Of a stretch of DNA of 64,000 nucleotides, positions 1-14,126 are shown in pieces (within the stretch, counting starts at the first letter, position 1; every line of letters begins with the position of its first letter). A program made the position numbers and the translations under genes. The DNA is taken from NCBI RefSeq assembly GCF_030684315.1, contig NC_081363.1, positions 53,882,312 to 53,946,311 of the forward strand. The letters run 5' to 3'. This DNA is from Stegostoma tigrinum. Its lineage: Eukaryota. The notes under the pieces were generated by a model. It was not told where the DNA came from and searched no databases. It saw nothing but the letters and a program-made list of their open reading frames with translations.

Positions 1-2089
1 GATGCTATTATCCTTTGAAGGGGCCAGGCTAAACTAAACTCTGCACAGTTTGTTAGAATTTGGGTGCATGCAAGCAATATAATTGCAAGGACATTGCAAA
101 GATGTATCTAATTTAATCATTGTTCAACACTAATAACTGTTGTCATGAAAATTTGAGTCAACATTTTTCACAGCTTAACAGTAACTATTAACAAATCAGG
201 TTTTTAAGTGTTAAAATGTTCAGCTTCCAATTCTGATGCTAAGGCAAGTATCATATTATGGTAGTGGAATGTCTTAAATGTAAAAGAGTTATTTGTTATT
301 CCTATATGAACAGATGACTTCCAAAAAACATTTTTTTTCCTATTCACTTCAGTTAACAATGTAACATTTTAAAGCAGAATTGAATCTTCCTTCTTCAAGT
401 CTGTTCAAGCGAGTCAAAAAAAGGCATGGCAAATAAAGGTGATGAGATTTGACTCCTCATGAATTTTCTAACCAATAACTGAAGAAATATCAGATTCATT
501 CTCGTCTGAGTGAACATTAAACAGGCTGATTTGAACATAAGTATATTCTGGAGATAAGGCTTAACTGGAACTCGTCAAAACCAGGCTCCAGGTTCAGGTG
601 ATCTGATGTCACTACGTCATAGATCTTTTCATACATGCTCAGTTGCTATTTTTAGACTAAATGTATCATTAACCCCTTACTCCACAATAATTATTTGTAC
701 AGCTCAAGTATCTGAACTGAATAGCCATAAATGTTAAGAGGCTAACATTTAACAAACAGTCTAACAGAATAACCTAACTAATGATTCTCTACTGACCATT
801 AGTTGGTTAATAAGAATTCGACAAGAGTCTAAATTTAGATTTCATTTATCTCTTTAAATTGGTGAAGCTAGTAATAGCAATAAGGGTAAGACAGTAGGAA
901 GTATACACAACTGTGATGTAATTAAATTGTATTTGACTTTATGTTTAATTTCATAAACAAAACAAACGTATTTCAAATTCATCTTTTTTTGAGTAAGGTT
1001 TTACTCAGGTTAAACTTTGTTCATTCCCTTTTATCCACAGCACTCCAATGGTGTTAAATCTCTTTGCCGTGTTGATAATTGAAAGGCCGAAAAATAACCC
1101 AAGGGCAAAATAAATTTACTCAAAACCTAAGTGCATGTGAAGATGTTCCACATCTCCAAAGCTCATTTTGCAATTTAACCATTTGAAAATAAAGTGAGTG
1201 AAAAAATAAATGGGAGTCAGTGAGGGGCTAAAGGTCATTTCGAACTCTTTGGTGCAGCAGTGTCCACTGAGGGCCGTGATGACTCATCTAACTTCACCTC
1301 TGTGACCAGTTAGGAAGCTTGTTCAGTCTTGGAATGCCACAATAGACTAGCACAATCACTGCGCACCCACTGTAGCAGCAATGGCAGATAGAGTAGGGAA
1401 CATTCCTTTCAAGCAACAATGACAATGGTTAAATAGAGCCAATGGATGCTCATGGCATTAAGACTGAAAGGCCAGTACTAATTTGCCTTCACATTTAGGA
1501 GGCAATAGCACACATGGATGCAACAGAGGCTCACCTCCTGCAAGAGTTTCACAACAGCCCCTAGGATGTAGCCAAGTGCTAAAGAGTTTTCACTAACCTG
1601 ACAAGCTAATACAGGATATGGATGTTCTGCTATTGGTCTTAGGCAGCACAGAGGCCAACAGTTCACTACTGGAGGAGCAGTTGAAGCTATTAGAGGGTCT
1701 AGAGTTCAAGGTAAACTCTAAGGTAAACAGAAGGTGGTGTAGCTCTTATAACTGATGAATAGTGCAGGAAACAGGGCTATAGATGAGATTAATAAAGGAG
1801 AAAAGAAATACCTGCCCCATAAGATGCATCTGGATCAAGGTCTTTTCTGGCAACGGCAGGGAAAAGTAAGGAGTTCATCAAAGGTTACACAGTCAAAGCA
1901 ACCCCTCTCCTCAGGCTCCCTTGGAAATGATAATTGCCAGGAGGCATTTACCCATCTGAAGATAAGCTCCAAACTGGTCTGAACAGAGAACGATAAATGG
2001 TGAGGAGGACATCATTTTGGATATGGTGGTCACAGGGATAGTTTACATATGATATTACTCCTAGATTGATATGATATGGTGAGGCCCGT

Positions 2090-3790
2090 GACCAGAAGGC
2101 CACAGATATAGGAGTTGATTTTGGGCATTTGGCCCATCAATTCTACTCCACCATCCCATCATGGCTGACTTCTTTTTCAACCCATTCTCCTGTCTTCCCC
2201 CCATGACCCTTGATCCCCTTACTAAACAAGGACCTACCTACCTATCTCTAGCTGAAATACACTCAATGACTTGGCCTCCATAGCATTTACAGTAATGAAT
2301 TCCAGAGATTAACCACCCTCTGCCTGAAGAAATTCCTCCTCAACACAGTTCTAATGGGCCATCTCTTCATAAGTGGCTGTTGCCTTGGGTCCTAGTCTCT
2401 TCTACTAGTGGATATATCTTCTCCACATCCGTATGTGTTTCATTTAGGCCCCACCACTTGTCATTCTAAATTCCATCAAGTGCAGATCCAGAGTCATCAA
2501 CCACTCCCCATATAACAAGCCCTTCATCCCTGGGATCATTCTTGTAAACCTCCTCTGGATTCCCTTAAAAACCAATATATCGTTTCTGAGTTATGGGGCT
2601 TAAAACTGCTCACAATTTTTAAAATGTGGTCTAACCAGAAACTTATACAGCCTCAGCAGTACATCTCTACATTTGTATGTTAGGTCTTTTGTAATTCTAA
2701 CGTTGCATTTGCGTCTCTAACTGCCAACTGAATCTGCATGTTAACCTTAAAGAGAATCATGAACTAATACTCCCAAGTCCCTTTGTGCTTCAGGTTTCCA
2801 GTCTTTCAACTATCTTCCTTTTAGAAGATAGTCTATGCCTCTATTCTTCTTACCAATGTGCATAACCTTGTACTTCCCAAACTGTATTACATCTGTCAAT
2901 TCTTTGCCCATTTTCCGAGCCTGTCCAAGTCCTTCTGCAGACTCCCTGCTTCCTCAACACTACCTGCTCCTCCACTTAGGGGCAGCACAGTGGCTCAGTG
3001 GTTAGCACTGCAGCCTCACAGCGCCAGGGACCCAGTTCAATTCCAGCCTCGGGTAACTGTCTGTGTAGAGTTTGCACATTCTCCCCGTGTCTGTGTGGGC
3101 TTCCTCCGAGTGCTCCGGTTTCTTCCCACAGCCCAAAGATGTGCAGGCTAAGTGGATTGGCCATGCTAAATTACCCATAATGTTCAGGCGTGTGTGGGTT
3201 ATAGGGGGATGGGCTTGGGTGGGATGCTCTAAGGGGCGGTGTGGACTTGTTGGGTTGAAGGGCCTGTTTCCACACTGTAGGGAATCTAATCTATCATCGT
3301 ATCATCTGCAAGCTTAACAACAACTCCTTCAGTTCCTTCATCCAGATCATTAATGTATAATATGAATAGTTGTGGTCCTAACATGGACCCCTGTGGAAGT
3401 CCATAGTCACTGGCTACTATCCTGAAAAAGACTTTGCTACTCTCTGCCTTGGACCAGACAGCCAATCCTCTATCGATGACAGTACCTTAACCCTAACCAT
3501 GGGCTCTTATCTTATTTAGCAGCCTCTGCAGCACCTTGTCAAAAGCTTCCTGGAAATCCAAATAGACCACATCCACCGGCTGCCCATTGTCTAATTTACT
3601 TGTTATCTCCTCAAAGAATTCTAACAAATTTGGCAGGCATAGCCTCATCTTGATGAAGCTGTGCTGACTCAAAACTCTTTATCATGCACTTTCAAGTTGT
3701 CCACAATAGCGTTCTTAACAATGGACTCTAAAGTCTCATTGACTACTGAAGTCAGGCTAACTACCCAAGCATTTTCCAGTCTGCTGGGAT
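2090..3790 (-). mobile_element. Decayed CR1 LINE 3' part, interrupted by a SINE
   Basis: Antisense CR1 RT and 3' UTR hallmarks (gaattccagagattaaccaccctctg, gtatcatctgcaa for FADDT, ttcctggaaatccaaatagaccacatccac for VDVVYLDFQ). Confidence 0.85.
2979..3293 (+). mobile_element. HE1-type tRNA-derived SINE, full length
   Basis: A box tggctcagtgg (2991-3001), B box gttcaattcc (3035-3044), core gagtttgcacattctccccgtgtctg, and a CR1-like tail gggcctgtttccacactgtagggaatctaatct. Confidence 0.9.
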
Positions 3791-4462
3791 CTTCCCTGAC
3801 TCCAGTGATTCCTGAAAGATCTCCACCAATGTCTCTACCATTTCAACTATCTCCTTCTGAACATATCCTCCCAAGATTGGGTTAATTGAGTTGCCTTTCA
3901 AATAGGAAAATCTTACCAGATGTTAATTTTTATTCTGAGTCAAGTCATTAGAGATCAGATATTTTCTCCTCATCACCATAGAACTATAATTTAATGATCC
4001 TATTCTCACTGACATATCAAATAGCCTCTTCCTTCTTTTCCCTCATACCATCCTTGATATTTATTTTTCACCTATCCTTTTACTTTTCTTTTCTTACCAA
4101 GAATATGAGAGGAGACTTAAAATGCCTTATTAGAACTCAATTGGTCTCGGTGCTTCAATCCTGGTTTCCTTTTCCAATTTCCTAATTATAGAAGAAGGTT
4201 TCTTTCACTACTGTTACCAATTTTGCATTCTTCCAGCTGTGTTAAGTAACATTAATCTCTGAACATAACACCAAAGGAGATTAGGCACTCATTACTCTCA
4301 TTGTTAATTCTGGAACATTACTGTGTTGCATTTATCTGCCAGTCTGAATGCAGAATTTCAAAAATAGTTAATTCAATATGAAAGACAAAGGAGATACTAT
4401 ATAAATGCAAGATCTTTCTTTACTTCACTTGTTATCCAACTGTGACAAATGGAACAAATGTC

Positions 4463-5501
4463 AGAGACAGCAAAAACTGCAGATATTGGTGTCAGAGACA
4501 ACAAGGTGTAGAGCTGGATAAACACAGCAGGCTAGGCAGCATCAGAGGAGCAGGAAAGTTTACATTTTGGATCGGGACCTTTCTTCAGAAATAGGGGAGG
4601 GGGAAAGGAGCTGGGAAATAGAGAGAGGAGGGGTGGCGCTTGAGAAAGGTAGGTTGGTGATAGGTTGGATAACGTAAGGGATGGTGGTGACTGGTCAGCA
4701 GAAAGGATAGGGTGGATAGGTGGGGAAAAAGATGGACAGGTTGTGTCAGATCAAGGAGATTATTATATCTGTTGCTCCCACTGTGGCCTCCTCTACATTG
4801 GTGAGACCAAGCACAGACTTGGGTACCATTTCATGGAGCATTTGCTCTCTGTATGCTACAAACGACAACACCTTTCGGTTGTCAACCATTCTAACTCCCC
4901 CTCCCACTCCCTTGATGACATGTCCAGCTTGGGCCTCCTCCAGTGTGACAATGATACCACATGCAAACTGGAGGAACAACACCTCATGTTCCACTTCGGG
5001 ACCCTACAGCCCAATGACCTGAACATAGAATTCATTAGTTTTAAAATATTCTCATTCCCCGCCTCATCCCACATCCAAACATTCCTCTCAGCCTTCCCTC
5101 CTTGACCTGATAGATCCTATCCACCTTCTTCCCCACCTATCTGCTCTACCCTTCCCTCCAACAAATCCTCACTACCCCCTACCTGCATCTGACCTATCAC
5201 CACCCCACCTACCTTTCTCAGCCTCATCCGTCCTCCCTCCCACCTCCTTGACCCAACACTACCTGTCTATCTTCTCTCCCACTTACCACCCCACCCATCT
5301 CACTGACTAACCTCCACCACTCCCTAACTGTATTCACCTATCACCATCACATGAGCATTTCTTCAGCCTTACCCTTCCAGTTTTTATTTCCCAGCTCCCT
5401 TCCTCCTCCCCATTTCTGAAGAAGGGTTCCAACCTGAAACGCCAAGTTCCCTGCTCCTCTGGTGTTGCCTGACCTGCTGTGCTCCCCCAGTTCCATGCTA
5501 A
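4463..5501 (+). mobile_element. Older PLE fragment: inverted 3' UTR arm, then GIY-YIG fragment and 3' UTR, with 10-bp TSD
   Basis: ORF 4665..5105 contains YYICCSHCGLLYIGETKHRLG...LQPNDLNIEF. Positions 4463 to about 4750 are an inverted copy of the 3' UTR. There is a decayed hammerhead at about 5416-5443, and the TSD aacaaatgtc lies at 4453-4462 and 5502-5511. Confidence 0.88.
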
Positions 5502-8500
5502 AACAAATGTCCTTGTATTTGTGATTCATGTTGACTGTAACTCATTTTTCTTTCAGCCTTCATGTAACCCAATTTAGAAACATCTTAGCTGCTTGATGCA
5601 AGCCAAATATATACCTGAGTTTAAATAAACTAGATATATTTTAAGACTCATATATTTAGTGTTTGCAACAAATTAGACCTAAAACTTAATCTAAATATTA
5701 ATTCACTCTGAAAGGTTGTGAAATGGGACATAGTGATGTGTTAATGTGATGTTTACTAGTGGGAATTCAAGTTCTAACTTTCTATGGACTATAAGAATGA
5801 ATAAAAATCTACAAGTTTGATGTGTCAGAAAAAGAGTCAAGAAAAGATTTCAATTATAAAGTTTTAACTCTTCAAGTAATCCAGATAGAAATTTATAGCT
5901 AAGATCTTCTTAATGATCAACTGATATCATCAGTGCCAGGTCTTTGATAATGTTAAAATGTATGCAATGACTGATCACACTGAATATTTACAAGCATAGA
6001 AGACCTTTGAATCAAAAGGAACTAACTTACAAATGAGTTAATTATTGTGGTCTTTTGCATGAGTGGAGTAACCAAGACACAGCCGTTGATCAAACAACAT
6101 GAAACATAGGGATTTTGAAAACAGCAGAAGCTCTCAGAGGAAAAGAATAAAATTAAATATCAAAAGCTTAAGCCATCTTTGTAATCATTACTGTGCACAC
6201 ATGTTACAGCAGCCCTGACAAAACCCAACTGAAATGTGAATCCTAACAATGCTAGAAATAGAGGAAGGTGGGAGGAGGTTAATGAACACAACTTGACGAA
6301 CGCTGTGAAGCAGAAAACCGATTTCTACAGAGGCCAACAGTCAGTGTTGGTAAACAGCTGTTTGAACATCAATTTGGATTGTATAAGTTTTAATTAATTC
6401 TGATGACTAAAATCATGCTTCTGTTTCAAGGCTTGTTGTATGCAGTGAAACTAAACAAAGAACATTCCTGGTAAGAAAAGGAAACTAAAGAGAGGAGTGA
6501 TATTTGGACATCCACCAAGTAAGCTCACTAAAAAGTGTTTACAAATATTTTGAATTGTCAGAAGTTTCTACTGTCACAAATAAATTCGGAAACAGTTCAA
6601 AATTCAAAAATATATACTTTTAACATGTCTTCTTTCAAATGATTTTTTGGTAATTGCAATAAAGTTTCAAACTTGAAGGTCTAAGATTCTCCCGAGTTGA
6701 AGTCTGTGCTTCTTAGAAGAATTATTGACCTTTGCTGCTTAGACAGTAACCTGTCAGAAATTATTACTCATCCAAGCTGGAAACAGTGTAATTTCCATTC
6801 CAATAAAATCAGTAACGGATGTGGAAAATCCATGTATTAAATTGGTGCCAAAGCAAAGGTTTCTCCATCACTACATTTTCGTTTATCTAGCATGGCGATT
6901 CTGCTAATTACGCCAATTTCTGCACTTGAAAACATGCCATCTGGAAAATTTTCCTAATCCATCTGTATGGTTTAAACAAGTCGCAGCATCACAAAAATCT
7001 ATTCCGTTTTAAAAATGATTTAAAGTAATTCAGCCAAATGCTAAATTTCTGAAACCTTATACAGATAAACAGTTTAATGAGCGTTGTTTATTACAAAGTG
7101 GTATGAAAGTAAGAGAGAGAAAAACACAGCAGACAAGTTTCTAAAAGGCAGCAGTAACTATGTTACCAACTGGTAAGTTTGGAGCAGCTATTCATCGACA
7201 ACCTGACCTATAAATGAAGTTTTGCAGTCCTCAGGCAGTTAATTGGCTGTAAAAATGACTTCTACCCCTCTGAAACAGAATGTCCCACCTCCAAGTACTG
7301 TCAATAACAGGAAGCATGTCATCCAGCCATATTCCTGGGTGTGCTGGTCACTGCTGGGATTGCAGCAGGCCTCATGATAGTCGCTATTAAAGAGGTCCAG
7401 AATACAGGTATAAGAGTTAGGAGTCACTGACACCTATCAGTAGAGCCCTGCACGGAGAGTGCAGCTTGGGTGCTTACATGTGCAGTGAGGTATTCTGATC
7501 AAATTTATACTGGGCAGCCTCTTCAGATGAAAAATGCATATTGAATCATGTGATTGATAAAATGCCATTGTCAGTAGGAAAAGGCCATTAAGAGGTAATG
7601 TAAGGACACCAGCGAAACGAAATGTGGCTTGACTGGCAATCTTCCACATGCCAACAATGATAGGACAGGCACATTCATCCTTTAAACCATACTTTTGGTG
7701 GGAAGACCTATAAAGTATTTAATGATAAATTTACATTTGAAAGTTGCGCACATTATGCTTTAGACTGTGCAGGGTAGAAAAACATCTGTGCTATCCTTGA
7801 AGAAGACAGAAACATCCAACTTGACTGCAGGAGGCCAGAGAACAAAGAGACTGTGGAAATTTCAATGTTTCAATCATAATAAAGATGGGGAAATCTCCAA
7901 GTCAGCAGTGCGGAGATACAGTATCACTAGATAAAACAAAATTATAAAGTATAAGCATATCGTTACCACAATATAGATTTTAAAGCTTCATTAGTAGAAA
8001 ATACTATAACATCATTATGATAGCTTTCACAAGCTTGCAAAGAGGAAAATGGCTGCAATATTTCTATTATTCAGAGTCCAAAAAGTTGAAGATACTTTAA
8101 TAGAATTAATACAGCATTCAATTAATGCAAAATAGCAAATGAAAATTCATCAAAATTTATCTATTGGAGAATCATTAAATTCGAGGGAACTAGAAAAAAG
8201 TATCATTTTGATAGAACAAATTTAAAATGTCTTTAAAGTAATAAGAATAAATTATTACTTCAAGAAATGGTAAGAAAAATAATAATACCATTGTGCTATA
8301 AACTGTGATATATATATAAAAATATTTATTCTAAGTATTTTTTGTTACATACATATATCTAATATTTATTCAAAGTATTTTTTGCTTGTTGAATTCATAA
8401 TGTGGATTTTCTATGTGTCTGAAGTTTGAAAAAGCTTTCAAGAATTTATGTGGGCACGGTGATTTCTTACAGAACAGTCTATGAAGCTTAGCTTTAGAAT

Positions 8501-8535
8501 TTACGAGTTTTTTGTATACTACGCATGGATTTTTG

Positions 8536-8635
8536 AAACAAAACCAGAATTGCTGGAAAAGCTCAATAGGTCTGGCAGCATGTGTGTATAGAAAACAGAG
8601 TTAACACTTTGTGCCCATTGCCCTCCTTCAGAACA
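8536..8635 (-). mobile_element. PLE-derived mini-element, single arm
   Basis: PLE tail-like sequence (ttgctggaaaagctcaataggtctggcagcat...ccttcagaa) with the TSD ggatttttg at 8527-8535 and 8636-8644. Confidence 0.7.
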
Positions 8636-9715
8636 GGATTTTTGTTTACCTTCAATTATCTTGCAACCCCACAAGCCTTAATGTTTGATAGAGGTTTCAA
8701 AAACTTTGTTTTTAAACACAAGGGAAACATTCATTGCTAAGAGAGGAAGAATTTTGAATTTGTCACTATTTGAGATTTCAGCAATCCTGCTAAGAACCTG
8801 GGTGTAGATGAGGGTGGTGCTGAGACGGGAAGGATACAGTAAACCAGGTTAGTGTGAAGTATTAGACTTAAACATAGATCAGAAGTGTTGAGTTAAAGTC
8901 CTAAAGAGTTTATCTAAACCTGAATATGTTTATAAACTCAGTTTTACAAAAGCTTGAGGAAGAAGTTATCTGCAATCCAATTCCATTTGTTAAAGTTACA
9001 AGTGATTTAAACCTATCCAGATCTTAGAAACTGAGATTCTGGGTATGTGATGATTTTGGATACTACATCAGAGAGATGTTTTGGGTAGTCTGCAAAACCT
9101 TGTTCTTCTTTTCAATTTACAAAATGTTTTGATGGATAGGATTATACTTGTGCTATGTTTAATGTATCTTTGATTTTGTGTTATGTGTAGTTAGTTTAGC
9201 TTAAGAGATTTTATCTTCATTGTTTTTGTTAATACACTTCTGTTTTAGTGCTAAATTTTAAAAAAAAGATCTGCAGCGTTGTGTGCTTATTTTTCAATGT
9301 AAGACCATTCTGTTAAAAACAACACAAATGAAATAAATTATCTAAAAAGCCAAGAGTCAGCAGAAGGACTGACTTGTACAATAACAATATCAAAGAGATT
9401 TAATATCAGAGACAATCCAAACAGAACACAAGAAGAAATAGATTTAAGAAACAAAAATGCTTCAAAATGAATACTAAGTTTGAAGCTGAACAAGTACACG
9501 TGTGACTGGATTCAGTTGATCTGACAGTGAACAATGTTGTGCAATGCCAAAACATGAATGAAGGCATACATACCTTTGAAATAAAGCAAATTCTAAGAGC
9601 TTTTTTGTTAACTACCTTAACCAGAAAGCAACACAATTCTCAGAAGGACATGACTTAAGAGAAGAGTCAGCTTCCAGGGAAATCTATGAACAATTTCAAT
9701 AATAACTTTGTTCAT

Positions 9716-9857
9716 AGATAGTAGGAACTGCAGATGCTGGAGAATCTGAGATATGCAAGGAGAAAATTTACTGAAGAAGGGTCTAGGCCTGAAATGTCAG
9801 CCTTCCTGCTCCTCTGACGCTGGTTGGCCTTCTGTGTTCATCCATCTCTACACCTTG
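9716..9857. mobile_element. PLE-derived mini-element (short inverted tail plus hammerhead arm)
   Basis: agatagtaggaactgcagatgctggag is followed by ctgaagaagggtctaggcctgaaatgtcag, a CpG-decayed hammerhead, and then the tail. Confidence 0.75.
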
Positions 9858-10809
9858 GAGATCACAATAATTACTTTGACAGTTTAGTGGAAAACTGAGA
9901 TTCTGGAGCTTTGAAATCAGAATTCATGAGATAGAGAATTAATTTTGGCATTATTGAAAAGTCTTTATCAGATTTATTCAGGTCAAAGAAGATTTTGTTT
10001 TGGATGGATCTATTTAAGTTACACTGGAGGCAGACCAATATAAGGACAACCTTATCAGAGGTGTGCATGAGAACCAAACCACTTCTTAAAGTACAAACAT
10101 TGTAAAACAATGACTGGTCAATACAGACAGTATGTTCAATAGTAATGTTAGCAATGAGGAACAATGAAGCCTAACAGGCACAAATCATACACAAGTATTT
10201 TTAAAAAGCTACATCTGTAAGGTTATAGGTTACTGATTCAGGTTGGGCAACATTTTTTAATGTGATCAGAAATCCTATTAATTTTAAAGCTGCATACAGA
10301 CATACACACCACTATCCTGTCAGATAAAATAACCATTGCTGGGAAGCAAAAGTTACAGCGTTTAGACATGAAACTATATGGTGAAACATAACTGATGAAG
10401 AAAGGAAAATCTGCAAAATAAACAAAAACAAGTCTGAAGAAATTCCATGAAAGGTGATTTGAAAAATCACAAACATGGCAATAAGTTTATATCTTGTTTC
10501 TGCTAATTTAAATTAAATCACCAGTGAAAAGCTCAAAATTTAACATTATCAAATAAAAAACAACATCGGCATCTTTCTGGCTGAACTAGTATAATGTACT
10601 TAATTATACTAAGAGACTACCTTGACTAGGACTATGTCAGGGTTTACCTCAATCACTGATTTGATTGATTGGTGGTTGCAGCGTTGATACATGGAGCACA
10701 AAAACATTATTGCCAGGTATTATCCAAAAGAGTATTTTGAAGTGATCTCATACCACCATTTTATTGCATCAATGAAAGTTGGTATCACATTTAATGAATC
10801 TTGTTTAGT

Positions 10810-11190
10810 TTATTATTTATCAGGACTTTAACGTTACTGGTTTGGGGGATGTTTGTTTTCCATTCTAAATTCTCTTTGAGAAGTTGCTGGCAAACTGCCT
10901 GTTGAATGACTGCAATTCATGATGTGGCTTTGCCATAATTGCTGGGGCTGGGGAAACACTTCCAGGGTATTGATCTAGCAACAGTCAAAAAACTGTGACA
11001 AAGTTTAAAGTCAAGATAGTATGTAGTTTACAGGGGAACATGGAGACATTATCTGAGAGCTGCCCTTCTGCTTCTAGTGATATGTTTAGAAGGTAGCCTT
11101 GCTGAGGTGTTCTAACTCATCTTGTCAATGGTACACAATTTTGCTGTGCAATGCAAACAGTGGCCATGTAAGGTAATGGAAGTGCTGCTG
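10810..11190 (-). mobile_element. Highly decayed LINE 3' end (L2/CR1 group)
   Basis: Resembles recalled shark LINE tails (ttgagaagttgctgg...ttgaatgactgca...ttccagggtattgatctagcaacag). No ORF remains. Confidence 0.4.
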
Positions 11191-11224
11191 CGCTTTTGTT
11201 TTGTATTTAACTGAGCATTTTGAC

Positions 11225-11425
11225 TGAGCCTAGATGACTGACTTGCAACTCAAAATGATGTCAACATGGGTCCCATTCCCTCACTGGCGGAGGTTACCAT
11301 GAAGGACTCTCCTTCTCAATCATTCCCTTTGGCTGAGGAGGGATCACTTTCATGTTATACCACCACCAGTGCTCAATGAGAGAGTGGCCCACTGCCCTGG
11401 AAAGATGTGGCATTTATTTATTTAT
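11225..11425 (+). mobile_element. Old tRNA-related SINE, same family as 42306-42498
   Basis: Shares aggttaccatgaagg.ctc and a colinear 3' part with 42306-42498. Confidence 0.55.
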
Positions 11426-12306
11426 CAAAAAGAAATAAACGGAAAATTAGAACAAATCTTTTGAAGCGACCAGATGCCATAAAATGTGAGGTCAGAAAAT
11501 AACATATCCAGAAAATGTTTCTTAATTTAATACAAATTCCTTTAATCAACAATTTGCAGATCTTAAGGGATTCTAAACTGCTGCAAATTTTGACTGCTCA
11601 GTTATGAATAGTAGTTACCAAATGGGAAATAACACTGTTTGATAACTATGCAGTTCTATATTGAATCCTTTAGCGTTAAATCAGATAAATCCAAAGCCTT
11701 GTTTGTCACAAAGCTATTGCAAGGTTGGTACTGGACAAAGCTAGTATTTTGGTTGAAGCGTGAACTTTAGTAATTTTGAATAAAGGAGACAAGGTTTATT
11801 TACATTATACAGAAACAAATAAATTTAAGTTGCATCTCAGGCTGTTCTGTTTCACAATAAACTCAAGGCATTATACTAATACTATAGTACGTTTGAAAGA
11901 CAAAGTTCTAAAATCTCCATGGATGCACAGCAAATTATCTGTAAGTTTAAGGGCAACACTAAATAAAGCTATTTTATTCTCATCCATAAATGGCTCACTG
12001 CTATTTTCTTGGATATATCAACTTTTGAACACTTGGTTAAGTATTGTTTTCATTATCTTTGGGATAATCTAATTGGTTCTAAATACCATCCACTCCATGT
12101 ATTTTCATTCCAAGAGAAGACAGACAATATCCTAATCCTGTGTGTTTACCACATGATGCAGCTGTAGATTGGGTCACAAATCATTGGTACAGTGTGCTGG
12201 AAATTAAGCAGCACTACTCCTGGAGTCATCACAAATGTAACACCAGTCTGACTGCCAATGTTAACCCTCAGTTCACTTTCAATTCCTTCTGGCTTTTAAA
12301 TGAGGT

Positions 12307-12751
12307 CAAAGATGTGCAGAATAGGTGGATTAATGATGGGGAATGTATGGAGTGGGTCTGGGTGGGATGCTGTTCAGTGGATTGGTGTGGACTTGATGGG
12401 CTGAAAGTCTTGCTTCCACATTGTAGGGGTTCCAAGAGGTAAGATGAGAGAACAGTGTGACGGTGCAAGACCATACCACCACCACATAGTGGCTGCCTCT
12501 TTTTGTAAAAGGCAAATGAGCTGGTTTTGCTGTTTGTAAAGGAATTGAAATATGTTGAGAAACCACATAGAAATGCGTCATTAGCAGAAACAATGCATTA
12601 TATGCAATGATGCGTCAAATTGTTATCCTGTCTTCCTCTCTATGATATTGCAGTGAATTAAAAAAACCTTCAGTGCAATAACTTGAATTGTTTGGACTTG
12701 CATAGCATGTGAATAAAACATTTATTACCTTGTGGTCTAATAAACAGAAAG
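12307..12751 (+). repeat. Left arm of inverted duplication 1 (5'-truncated SINE plus about 320 bp of flank)
   Basis: Reverse complement of 14127-14559. The ORF peptides 12330..12593(-) and 14312..14599(+) are nearly identical. Confidence 0.95.
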
Positions 12752-14126
12752 AAATGTACACACCAATTCTCAACCTTTCATCCACTGGTTGGATGATTCA
12801 TCTTTTTAGTGTCTGTGAGGGTTTTGGCTATAAACACTCACCCAGGAACCAATCAACAAGCTGTTAGTTTTCTGAGTGCTCCTAAACACACAACATGTCT
12901 GGTTTGAAAAATCCCATGGGCATACCTAAAGAACTGAGATATATAACGTTGTCCTCCATTGTTTGAATAAGGCAACACAGAGTTCCCATACAGCAACATT
13001 TTAAACAAGAACGGCATCATCTTCCACAAACCCTCTGTTTAAAACATTTCCTATTTCCAAAGTACGCAGTCTAAATTGCACTTAAGATAATTTTCAAAAT
13101 TCTAAAATTCATGTAGTCCAACTCTATCTCTCTTTCCGACCAATCTCAGACTAAAGTAAAAAGCAGACATGCAGGTCTCATTGTTGCAGAAAAGAAAACA
13201 ATTAGTTGACAAATAGATAATGGAGAAACAAAATTGCTTAGTCTTTGTCTACATGTGGAAAATGAAGGATAATGCACTCATAGCTTTTCAAATGAACTTT
13301 GCAATTCTAGCATGCAGCTAAACTATACAGTCCAGTGACTTAAGGAAGGGTTTCTGAATATTTTTAAAACTTTCCCCATGAAATAATTTATTTTGACACT
13401 ATTTTTTTCATAATCTGTTTGCCTCAAAGCTCATGCAAATGATATTGAAAGAGAGACTGTTCAAATGATCACAATTGTAACAATGTCCTATCAGGTTGAC
13501 AATAATCTTCAGAGCAACCCAGCCGATTTGTGACAATTTCAATTTCATAGTCTAGAAATTAAGCAATTCCCTTGCCATTTAGCATGGAGGCAACATGGTA
13601 GCCCACAACATTTCCATGTTCAACAGAAATCCCGTAAAACTATACGATTAGGGTGAGCTGGTAAATTGGTAATGTTACCTCATATCTGTCATGAGAAAAA
13701 ACAGGCCACCATCCTGTTGTCATGCCTGAACAATGATCTATTTTAAATTGTCCTCTTTATCTTTAAAAATCTGGTGTGCATCCTCAAAAGTGCTCTGTGT
13801 TCTCTCTACACAGTAGTTAATTTGCCATACAACATACAGACAATGACTGAATGATTGGAGACAGGTCAAGATATAATTGGATAGTGCCTGACAAATGGGC
13901 TTCAATCATTACTGTTGAGAAGGTGAAGTTAATAACTGCCTAGAAAGCTTAAAATGATACTGCCCAGGTGCATTTCATCCTTAATAATACAGGTTCAGTT
14001 TCAAGTATTCATTGCAATACTCACAGGTAGAAACTGGCTGGAGAAGTAAATCAGAATTACCAATATCTGAATCTAATGAATCCTATTTCAGTCTACTGAT
14101 TAGCACTGCAACATAAAGTACTGTAA

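Noticed and set aside
1041-1193. Strong acceptor (ttttatccacag) and a gtgagt donor
   Set aside because: All three frames contain stops, and there is no other support. It could only be a non-coding exon.
2858-3317. Overlapping ORFs with similar peptides elsewhere (43325..43843, 44761..45072)
   Set aside because: They are translations of HE1 SINE copies, not a gene family.
6180-7220. Repeat-free stretches that might be conserved non-coding elements (also about 58100-58950)
   Set aside because: This cannot be supported without cross-species alignment.
8305-8384. 40-bp-period tandem duplication (aatatttattc.aagtattttttg twice)
   Set aside because: It is an ordinary slippage duplication in AT-rich DNA.
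8700-9400. Possible solo LTR remnant (similar impressions at about 17270-17800 and 30520-31130)
   Set aside because: No definable termini or TSD were found.
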